Source: Nemertoderma westbladi (Eukaryota > Animalia > Xenacoelomorpha). From it: 64,000 bases of DNA. Below the pieces are notes generated by a model. That model did not search any database. It was not told the origin of the DNA and was given only the letters and a program-made list of their open reading frames with translations. The stretch lies in assembly GCA_032718475.1 (NCBI GenBank), contig JAUCBJ010007860.1, positions 70,901 through 134,900 on the forward strand, in the 5' to 3' direction. Positions 38,001 to 49,122 of this stretch are shown here, in pieces. The first letter of the stretch is position 1, and every line of letters begins with the position of its first letter. The position numbers were made by a program, and so were the translations under genes.

Positions 38001-39325
38001 TGTTTCTGTAAGCGTTCTTCCAGAAACTCCTGTAGAGAATACGTACGTCCAAGCTCGATGTCCTCTTCGAGGTTTTGGATTTCTCTATCAAACTGCGGCA
38101 AGGCTAGCTCTTTCACCGATTGGACCTGCTGCTGTAATTTACGTTTCTCTAGAAAATCCTGGGTTCCCTTTCCGATTTTCTGTCGGATGGCGTCAAGAGC
38201 GTTTCTGATGACACTCTCCTCGACTTCCGTGGCAGGTTGTATCGGAGTTAATCCTGGCCGGTTGTAAGGATTAAATGGCGATGTTAGATGTCCGCGTCCC
38301 AATCCGGTCAAATAGGATGGTCGAATATCCAACGAACCTACCTCAGGAACACCACCGATTAACTGCTCGGGCAACACCAAATCCTTGAACAGTGAGTATA
38401 ACTCGGGAGGATCAGTGAGACTGTTAGGATCAAGAGTTTGAGGTCTCACGGGGAAATGGGGAGGTCTGACCGAGTATTCCGGAACTCTGATCATGGGTTT
38501 ATTTAGCGATCGTTTTAGACGGGCGATCGTAGGTGATACATCGAACAGGTTTCGCTCGAAACTCCCGTAAGTATAACGCGTGAAACTGTGTTTAGCACAA
38601 CGTCTCCGCGGATGTTTATGTCTTTCCGTTTGCTGGTTAGGTCTAGGACATGAGTCACAATAATACCAAAGACGTACGTCCTGCAGAGGAAACGCGGGTG
38701 ATCGTTCACCAGTTTTGCAATACTCTTCCATTTGTTCAAAACTGTCCGGGACAACAGGCAGTGGACGATCTGCGGTAAGATACATCATGGTGAAATAGAG
38801 TCGTTTGAGTTCTACCATGGGATCGTGATGTATACCTTGAGGATATCGAGTCTCTAGGTTCTGTTGACTGGCAATATTGAGATAGGTTTCCCGCAAAAAT
38901 TCCACGTAGTCGTTGAAGTTGATACGCTTATCGGGTTCTTCAACGTTTTCTCTGTCGAGTAGGTGGCGAATAGAGTTCTCGTGTTCTATTCTCGGTTTAT
39001 CATTACGATTCCGCTGAGAATGATATTTAAATAAAACCATTTCCCTTTCAGTGTCTACATCATCGGTATCATGTAAATCGGTGGGATGGCCGGTAGTTAA
39101 GAAGTCCATATACGTACCATTGCGATTCGTATAGCGAGCGGTGAATTTTCTATAGTCCGCTTCACGCGTAAGTTGTTCCTGGGACATCGGCGGTTTGATG
39201 TAACGACCGTCGTCCTCCGTAATAGTCGGATCGGCTTCACCGCGTATCAAGCTATCCACAAACGCTTGTAAAGGTAGAGTATATCGCTCTCTAATACCAA
39301 GGTCATCTTCTATCAATTCCGTCAT
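35074..39325 (-). pseudogene. Accessory ORF of element 2 (~1414 aa reconstructed): unknown N-terminus, DEDDy-like 3'-5' exonuclease, three Cys/His knuckles, basic tail
   Basis: Track ORFs 37382-39325 and 36761-37333 are in frame across a single TGA; a 7-bp duplication at 36784-36797 explains the shift to 35074-36771; motifs VVTYDNEG, LPQPVLEMLFNERIVKIGSAVYGDL, FVDTQ, CHHCQLKGHASFDC. Confidence 0.75.
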
Positions 39326-40944
39326 ATCTGCTATCTGAGTTTGTTAATATCAATATAAATTAGTATTTTAGGCAAGCGGGCGTCGCTGCCTATTAGGCTT
39401 TTTGCCCCCGGACAGTGGGTTTCTCAGCGCCGATGTACCGTTGTCGCAGTGTTTACGCCAACATGTAGCAACAGCACGACAACGATAACCGGCACAAGTC
39501 CCACCACTGTCCGTCCCAAAGGCTTGAATCCACTTGAGGTTATCTCGGTAGAGTTAGGGCTATTTTACAATTGCGATTAGCTACTGTAAACACACTTTAG
39601 TAGTAACATTCACCTATAAACGCACAAGTTCCATACAATCATTACTTACTGCACACATGCATGCCATTTGTCCGTTAGTCAGTGTCTTCCAGAATGTCAC
39701 GTTATTACTATGTATCCTTGGATACTAATAGTGCGCTATGTATACTCTTATGCTACGCAATGGGACAAGCTTTTATTGTTCCTTTAACTTGCTTCTAATT
39801 CTAGCGTGGGTGTTGCCATGGTGACATTATGGAAAACTAGCGGTAGAATTAGGGCAATTCTCATGTATACAGATCTGGGATGTTATTTAATAGTAATTCT
39901 TTAATTGTCAATATCCTCTTTATGCATGATTTTATAAATTTTATCGGCTATTGACTATATGTTGGAGATTCTCGCACTCTAATACACTCAATTTGAATCT
40001 CCGCTCCCATGATCTATTAATTACTGGAATTTTGGGAATGTTATAAATTGTACAAAATGACAATTTATGAAATTCATTTGAATATGAATTTAAATTTATT
40101 CCCGTGAATTTTATTATTTGATATTAAATTGACATAAATTTTATTCCAGAGCATATCTGGGGACTCAGGATCCTTAATTCTGTAAAATAGTCCTTCTAAG
40201 AATATCGGTAAATACTGCGATATCTTAATTGACTAGAAATTTTAAAGGATCGGGATTTTACAGATTTTAACAAATATTAAATTAATATTTAGGATGGGCA
40301 CCAATTTATTCCAGAACTTGTCTGGGGACGTTAACCACTGATTCTAGAATTTGTCTTTCAAGTATATCGGTGGGTGCCACGATATCTTAATCGACTAGAA
40401 TTACAGATGGTCAAAAGTTTAACAGATTTATTTGCGATTGACGCTACTGTTAGAGGGACATCACGCTACTATATGTATTATTTGTTATAAGGTAGAAGAG
40501 CAATATCGCACGAAGCAATGTCAGTGTGAAGAGGCAAGTCGTTTCCAAGGTCTACCCAGAGCCTGGTTTAGCCGAGACACGAGGATCTGAACTTTGCATT
40601 CCTAATACTCTGCCTACCAATAATACTTAAATATAGTAGTGGCTTTATTGTACTTTAAGAAGTACGGACATGTCATCTTACTATAGTCTCGTATTTATAA
40701 TATAATACGGACAGTAAGGAAAGAGAAAATAATTACTTCTTGCCGTCGCACTAAATATATATTATAAGTAATTATGTACGTAATAAACACTAATATATTG
40801 CACTAATCTACTAAACATTCTAAAATAACATTTTACTAAATAAAATCAAATAAAAACGATTATAATAAAGTACATAATAGAGTTCGCATATAAAATGTAA
40901 TAAAATCGATAAATTAATATAGTCATACACCCACTCCAGACGTA

Positions 40945-43900
40945 TCACGTTTGGGAGTCCCTAGATGTTTGAGGTATTAGGGAGGTGGTCGTGGGAAGAG
41001 TGTCTTGTCTTCCATAGTTTCCGGAGAGTTCTCTGTCTCTTTCCAGCAAACATAAACGACCAACTGGGCGATTGAGTTGTTGCGTCTCAAAGATTATTCC
41101 GGGTTTCTTGAAGTTACGCCTCATTACGACGAGTTCTACTGAGCGCACTAGACCATCCTCCGAGATGTGCGTCTCGATGATACGACCGATCTGCCACCGT
41201 CTACGTGGGAGGTCCGGATCTACAATAAGGACCATGTCTCCGGCGCTGACATTTTCCTGCTGCGCAAACCACTTAGTTCGAAGTTGTAGCGTGGGCAGAT
41301 AATGTTTCTCAAAATGGTCAGCGAAACGACGGGATAGCAACTGCATAAGCTGCCAAGTTCGACGACAGTATTCATCTCCATCGGCAATCTCGGATTGTGG
41401 GAGCATGGCTACAGGTTTCTTAAGTAGGAAATGCGCGGGTGTTAGCGCTTCCAGGGAGTCGACACTCGATGAGACTGGCATAAGCGGTCTCTCGTTAAGA
41501 TAGGCAGCGATTTCTTCCATTAACGTCCGTAGAAGTTCGTCGGTGAGATATGCGCGGCACGGCACTATAAAGTGAAATGCGGTCTTGACACTTCGAATTA
41601 ATCTCTCCCAACTTCCTCCCCACCAAGGGGCGTCGGCGGCGTTAAAGGTCCAGCTAGACGCCGTTATCCGTAGCTGGTCATCCACCTGTCTTTGATTCCA
41701 GTCCTTTACGTAAGCCTGGATTTCGTTGTTGGCACCAATGAAGTTCGTTCCCTTGTCGGATCTCATCGTATTGCTAGTGCCGAAACGAGCGATCTGTCGT
41801 CGTAGACATAAGACGAAGCTGTTAGTAGATAGATCGTTCACCATATCGAGATGGATAGCTCTACAAGTCATGCAGACAAAGATTACACACCATCTCTTGA
41901 TTATAGTTCTAGCACGATATACTTCAATAGGGCCAAATAAATCCACACCAGTATTAGTAAAGGGTGGTTCATAAAAGCTTACTCGTTCCCTAGGTAATTC
42001 TGCCTCTCGCTGTGTTAAAGGCCTACTGAATACTTTCCTACAAGGTATGCAGTTCCTAAGAACTTGATTCAGAGCTCTACGTGGTTTATGAAAATAATAG
42101 CGGGTTCGAATCTCGCTAAGAACTCGTTCTCTACCAGCATGATACAGTTTACTGTGAACATCTACAATCATCTTGATTTGTACTTCAAGATTACTAATGA
42201 GTATAGGGAATTTAGTATCAAAAGATAATGGAGCGTTGGTAAGTCTTCCTCCAACGCGTATTAACCCATCTATCATTGTGCTAGAGAAGCGATCCCTTAA
42301 GCGCATCTGCGGATTTCTTAATAGCAGAAAATACCTATCGGAATCTTCATAGCATTGCAATAGTCTCAGTAGCTGCTTATTAGTTTCTTCATGCTCCTGG
42401 TAGCTGATCTTCTCCTTTAGAAACCGGTCTGATATCTTGTACTTAGGTAGATCTTTAATAACATGAACTTGCGCAGATGTTACCGGAGCAGGATCACTAG
42501 TGGTCTTCTTCCTGGAGTAATGATGGTGAAAACATCTCTTTAAGTATGTGACAGCTTTACAGAGACGATTCCAGGAACTGTAATGATGCAGTGCTCTCTG
42601 CAGCAGGGGTGAGATTCCTTGCGAGACGTCTGGTATCTCAGATTTCCAATTTCTATCTCTAATTTCCACAACAGATTTGTTTGTGGCGAGGGATTGTGGA
42701 TCCGAAGTATCGTTCTTGGCAGTATGTAATACAGATAGATCGATTGTCGGTTTAAATAACTTCGATTTACTTGTCCGAATTTTGGGTTTGACTTTCTCCG
42801 CTCCCTTGGCTTGTCTAATCTCAGCCGTAGTAAGGTGAGGAGGCCATTCATCCTCTTCCTTGCTTAAGAAGTCGGGTCCACCCAACCAGTCAGGGGTATC
42901 TATCAGTTCCTGTGGAGTTGCTCCTCTGGAGGCGATGTCAGCTGGGTTAATCGTACCAGGGCAATGTCTCCATTGATCTATCGTTGTGCGACTAAGAATA
43001 ATGGCCACTCTGTTAGTAACAAAGACGCTGAACTGACAGACTTCATTCGTTATATATTCCAATACAAGTAAAGCGTCGGTCCAATAAACGGTTTTCTCCA
43101 GTGGATAATCGATCTGTTCTGTTACATTCCGTCCGATAGCGGTAGCGTATAATGCTGCCTTTAACTCCGCTCGAGGAACCTTAAGCTTGTTGTTAATCAA
43201 TGCCTTAGAGGTAACCAAGGTAACTTTGATTCCATCCGGAGTTTCGACTCGCAGATATGCTATGATACCGATCCCCATATCGCTGGCATCTCCAAATACA
43301 TGGAGTTGATAGGAATACGTAGGGAGAACATGACCAAAATATGAACGGGAAATTATAAAGTTCTCGATGGCAGGTAGCGAATCCTCCCATTTCATCCATT
43401 TCTTTAATAGTTCTCCCTTGAGTGGATCGTCCCACGAGTGGTTTTCTAGCCACATTTGTTGTACTAAACTCCGAGCAATCAATATAACTGGGCTAATAAA
43501 TCCCAAGGGATCGAAATAAGTGCTCAGAATACTTAAACAAATCCGTTTGGTCCGAACTGGATTATCTCGCTGTTTTAACTGAAAAAACAGGATGTCCCGT
43601 TCTGTGTCCCATTTCAAGCCAAGCGTCTTGGTTTCCGGAAGATCATCATGTATTAAGTCGAGATCTTTTGATCCCCGGTCTTCTACAGATATTGCTTCCA
43701 GAAACTCACGGGAGTTGCTGGTGAACTTCGTCAACCGAAATCCACCTCTTTTCAAACACTCAACCGTTCCTTTCGCGACATCAATGGCTTCCTTTACTGA
43801 TGGAAGGGACTTTAAATTGTCGTCCATGTATATGTCTCGTTTGATGTTATCTATCACCTCTTTGGAGAAGGCATCCCGGTTGTCATCCGCAGTGGTACGG

Positions 43901-46900
43901 ACCACTGAACAGGCGTTTGAAGGGCTTGATATAATCCCAAAAGCCTGGATGGTCATCCAGTACTCTACCGGTGTCTGGTTGAGATCTCCTTCAGGCCACC
44001 ACAGGAATCTTAGGCTGTCTCTATCACGATCCAACGCCTTGACTTGTAGGAACATTCCTTCTATATCGGAGGCGAACGCGATGGAATATTGTCTTAATCT
44101 CAACAGTATCCCCAACAAAGATTGGAGCAAGTTGGGTCCTGGTAACAACTCGGAATTAAGGGATTGGCCCATATATAGAGCGGAGCCATCAAATACAACC
44201 CGTACTTCATGGGGTTTACCGGGTTTGGGAACATAATGATGTGTTAGATAATAAGTCCTTTCAGTTATTGGAGTTCCTTCCGGTACTCGCTCCGCATATC
44301 CCTTTGTGATAAATTTCTTCAACTGAGTCTGGTACATTTCCTTAGCTGAAGCGTTCGCCGTCAGACGTCGATGTAATTGATTGATTCTTTTCTCAGCCAA
44401 GGGTCTGTTATTTATAAATCTGGGTTCACGTTTTCGGAAGGGTAGTCCGATTTCATATCTACCTTGATCTTTTAAAAAACGTGTGGTTGTTTCCTGGATT
44501 TGCTTGGCTCTTTCTTCTTCTATCGACAGGGCTTTGTCGTATGAATTGGGTTCTACCAATTCTTGGGTAAAGAATCGTACGGCGAGTTCGTCCCGAGTTC
44601 TAGCGTTGTAGCGCTCTACCTCGTCATTAAGTTCGTCATTATAAATAGTGGATTCCGTTGGGCGAATCAATTGACATAGGTTCGTTTGGTTTTTCCAAGT
44701 TTGGTTTTCAGTAAGTAGGTCAATTGTGTTCTCTTCTTCGAAGAGTTGGTAGATGTCGTCATTATCTGAGGAGTATGGGGTTCCCTCAGTTGGTTCGTCC
44801 ACTTCGCTGTTTTCCTCTTCCCAATCACTTACCTGATCTATTTGTTCGTGTGGCATTCTCTCTTCTAAAGTTCTACGGGAAGGGCCAGTAAAGTACCAAC
44901 CTACTCTAGTTCTTACCGCATAAGTTTGCAGTGGCTGTGGTTGAGCAGGCCGTTTCTCTAATGTTTCTAGCGCCTCGTGCGCGTTTTGGCCGATAAGTAT
45001 TTGCACTCCAGGATAATCTGTCTGGAATCGAGGTATCTTAAGGTGTTGGACGCTCTCATCTTCGTCCCAATCATAAAGGTCTGCTTGAGTAGTAGCAAAG
45101 TTCTTTATAGCCACCATTTTTACTGACCTTACACCTTGTGTTCCTAACTTATCCTGGGGGGTGGACAACACACCTACATAGTAATCTGCCGTCAGGGTAG
45201 ATTTCCAAACCTGCATAATTCCTGACATATTCAATTTAGTCCGGAACTTGGGTTGTCCAGCAAAGATATCTTCGGCTAGCTCTTGATCGATGAATGTTCC
45301 TGTGCTGCCTGAGTCAAGTAGGGCGTTCACTATGTAGCTTTTGTTAATACCATGAACTCTTACCTGAACTACAGGAAATTCTCTGATTCCTACATTGGAA
45401 GTTGGAGCTTTCCAAGATGATTGTTTGGTAAAAGTAGTAGGGGGAAACTCCTCGTTGATGTCCTTTTCGTAAGTAAGTGCTCGATACACTGTGGTGTTTA
45501 TTAAATAACAGGATTCGTTGACGTCGGAGAATTCGTCAGTATAAAATCCTTCCATCTCAGACTCCTGATCAGTGTCGTTTACATCACTGAATTGGACATG
45601 TAGTTCGGACTCACTTACCTGACTCGGCTTGTCTCGTTCGAACTCACTATGTAACAAGATGTGATGTTTCGCACCACACTTTTCACACTTTATGTCGGAG
45701 TAACAGGTTCGCCGTTGGTGTCCTGGTCTGAGGCAATTATAGCATAACCGCTTGTCCCACACAACTGTACGTCTGTCTACAAGGGATTTCTTTAGAAATT
45801 CCGCACACGCACTCAAACGGTGGGTCCCGTCGCACAGCGCACAGTTAGGTTTTATGTTACTTACTTTACCTTGGGTAGTCTGATGCACTCTCGTTCTTTC
45901 TTCGGGCTTTCTTCCGCGCATTCTGCTAGGAGACTGAGGAGGGGTCTTAGTAACCTGTTCTCTCCTATTGTTGGTTCGAGCTTTGTATTTACTTACGTCC
46001 TTAGAGGTCTTGTCAATATAATAAGATCGTTCGGTGTCTTTCCCGCTGTCTTCGTCTTGGGAAGCTTGGCTTTCGCCGTCGTCAGTGTAACACACCGGTG
46101 TTACTCTCCTCCTAGAAGTAGGTTTCTCACTTACCTTATTTTCCGATGTTTTCTCTCTGGACTGCTTGATGAGTTGTAATTTGACTTCACCATCTAAGAA
46201 AGACATGAGATCAGCCATGGTAGGACTTCGTCGTTGTTGTTCATTCATGTACAACACTTTCTTGTCCCAGCGTGTACATACTCCACCCTTTGGTAAAGTA
46301 GAGACTACGGCTCCAATAACCATGGAACTCTGGTATTCGTGCGACTTACCTAACCAGTCCAGTTGTCTACAGATCTCTTGAATTTCATCGGAAAACTCTA
46401 TAATCCCACTGCTAAGGAAGTGTCGGGGGGCTACTAATTTTGCATACAAATACTTAGCTATGTTATCCTTGTTACCATACCTGATGTTTAATGTATCCCA
46501 AACTTGTCTTAATCCATCTGGATGTCCAATAAACTTTAACGCCATTAACTTGGGAGGTCCTTCCAAACACTTGATGAGGAATCTAAGTTTCTCTCCGTTA
46601 GATAGTACAGAGTTCTGTATACTATCTTTGTAATATTCGTTGAAAGGTAACCATTTCATCTCATCTCCATTGAATTTGACGATCTCTCCCACTTTGACCG
46701 CTTGGCGGGCTTCTGTTCTAGCCATCTGACGCGTAAAGCTTTCTTGGGCCATCGCGTTATTTAATATCGAATTATCGGTATACAAATTTCTCGGATCATT
46801 ATCAGGTCTATAGGGAATATCATTAATAACAGGTCTATAATCACCCTTAATAGGGTTTGCTATAGGAGTTTCAACTTCACTAGCAGTATAGATGCGTGTA

Positions 46901-49122
46901 GGCTCCACACCTTGCGCATGTAATACTTCAGACCTAACGGGTTGACACAGTGTTACAGGGGGCATTGGTATGCCTTTTTGTATATTGACTAATTTGTCGC
47001 GTTCTAGCGCGATGCTTTGCTGCACTTCTTGCAACTCTGCTCTACCTTCCCTCACTGTTCCCTTAAGTTGGTGGACAGTCTCCTGCATCTGTCCCAGCAG
47101 GAGATTCATCCCCCGCCGTCCCTCTTCCACCCACTCAACCGCCGAAGCGGGAGTCGCCAACATAGTAGCGGGCTGACGCGGGACGACGGGAGACAAATTA
47201 TTGATTTCTCTCTCCGCTATCTGGACAGGGGTATTTGCAGGGACTGTTCCACCGGGTACAGGCAGTGTAGTGCTATGTAAAGGGAATTTAGAGTTAAGCT
47301 CTGGAAGTGTAGGGGTCTCTAGCACAGAAGTGACTTTGGGAACTACAGGCCTAATTATTTCAGGTTCATCGACTATAGTAGGGAGTCTTTTGACCTGGAT
47401 AAATTGTTCCATGGGTTCTGCACTACCTAAATCTGTGCTAGTTAGCTGTCTTTTAACAGCTGGGGGCAAATCAGGCAATTTGCGACGGTAATATGTTTTT
47501 CTTCGTCTACTTAGATGGGATCTATTTCCTCCGCCTTCAGGGTCGGTAGTATCGCCTTCCTCCGAGGATGTGTACCCCTGGCGCTTGGGAGTAGATTTTC
47601 TCATCATCTGCATTTGATTAGCAGTAAACTGTTTATTTATACTGTCTTGTGTCTCTTGCAGATTCTCCAACTCCAGTTGAGCAGTCTGCTCAAATGCTCT
47701 CCTTTCTGCTTCTGCGACTGCCTTTGCCACCGCCTTTGCTGCTTTTCTTTCTGCTTCTGCATCTGCCTTTGCCACCGCCTTTGCTGCTTTTCTTTCTGCT
47801 TCTGCATCTGCAGCCGCTGCCTTTCTTTCTGCTTCTGCATCTGCCTTTGCCACCGCCTTTGCTGCTTTACTTTCTGCTTCTGCATCTGCTATAGCCGCCG
47901 CCATAGCCGCCGTTTTTTGTTCATCTATCCTTCTTTTCTTTATTTGTTCTTCTCGGACTCTAGTGAGGCGGAGTTTTTCATCACATTCAGCTTGGTTTGC
48001 AGCTAACATTTCGGCATCGATTGAGTCCAACACAAGCTTGGTTCCTTCACTATTAGGGGAAAGTCCAGACAGCCGTCTCCTCAACTCTTCGTCTCCTAGG
48101 AATCGCTGATAGTCGGACAAATAAATGTCGATAGCGTCTCTAGTTCGCGGTTTCTCGGCGGCCTCTTCGCTTTCCGCTTGAGCAAGGGTGACATCAGTTG
48201 GTTCGGTGACATCAGTTGGTTCGGTGACATCAGTTGGTTCTTCATAGGTTGATCTCTCAGCCAGCTGGGATTTCCACTGGGCTGTTTCCTGTACTTTGAG
48301 ATCTACCCGATGTAGCCAAGTTTTGACAGCAACCTGCAGCGACGTGTCCTGTCTTCTTTTGGAAGTTTCCTCAAAGGCTGAGAGGATTAGTCGAATGCGT
48401 AGGGTTCTTTCGCGTACTTGGTATAGCAGCTCTTCCTACTCTTGAGGTCCGTGAGGTTGTCGAAACAGTTGTTCTTCCAATCGCTCCAAGGATCCGAAGA
48501 ATCCCTGCACATATCCTGCTGCCGACCTCTTCCAAACAGCTGGATCCATTGTATCTTTAGCCACTCCCATCCTGTGTATATCTTCCCAAGTAGCCTCGGA
48601 CATATCCAACGGAAGTCCGAGTCCGGGAATGTTCCATTGTGATTCAACAATAGATATCAATTCTTCCCTGGCGTATCCCGCGTAATTATCTTGGGTCGCT
48701 CACTTATTCTTCGCCCAGTCGGCTTGATGTTCCTCCACCGCAATGAATATAGTAGTTAGCACTGCAGCAGGAAGAGTAAGAAGGGGGTCCGAGTAGACTG
48801 TATCAGACATCTGCACTCCATGTTCGGGAGTCAGCTCTACAGTATCCGAACTGCTGGAGCTATCGGGTCGCTGTGAAGTAGGTTCTTGACCAAGATGTTG
48901 CTGCGATAGGACAACTGCCTCCTGGTCCCGTTTTACCTGTGCCCGAGTGCCTATGATGGACCTATGGTGGACTAGCCTAGGGTCTGATACTACTGGAGGG
49001 ATGACCTTTTTTACAGTAGGAGGTGAGCCGAACTCCTTTCTTATTCGCTCCACACTCCTATCTGAATCACAAATAGTTGTATCGATCAGACTGTCTGACA
49101 GGTTTTGCTGAGTGTCAGACAT
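40945..49122 (-). pseudogene. BEL/Pao gag-pol of element 2 (~2725 codons from ATG 49122; in-frame stops at 48700 and 48436, open from 48435 to 40945)
   Basis: Triple gag knuckles, ALLDSGS, YMDD, HVFGDAS, NPADIASRG, integrase HHCC and SDKGTNF; the start MSDTQQNLSDSL is shared with element 3. Confidence 0.93.
47695..47900 (-). repeat. In-frame 42-bp coding repeat (AEAERKAAKAVAKAD) in gag
   Basis: Visible tandem repeat; the array differs in element 3 (61250-61410). Confidence 0.85.
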
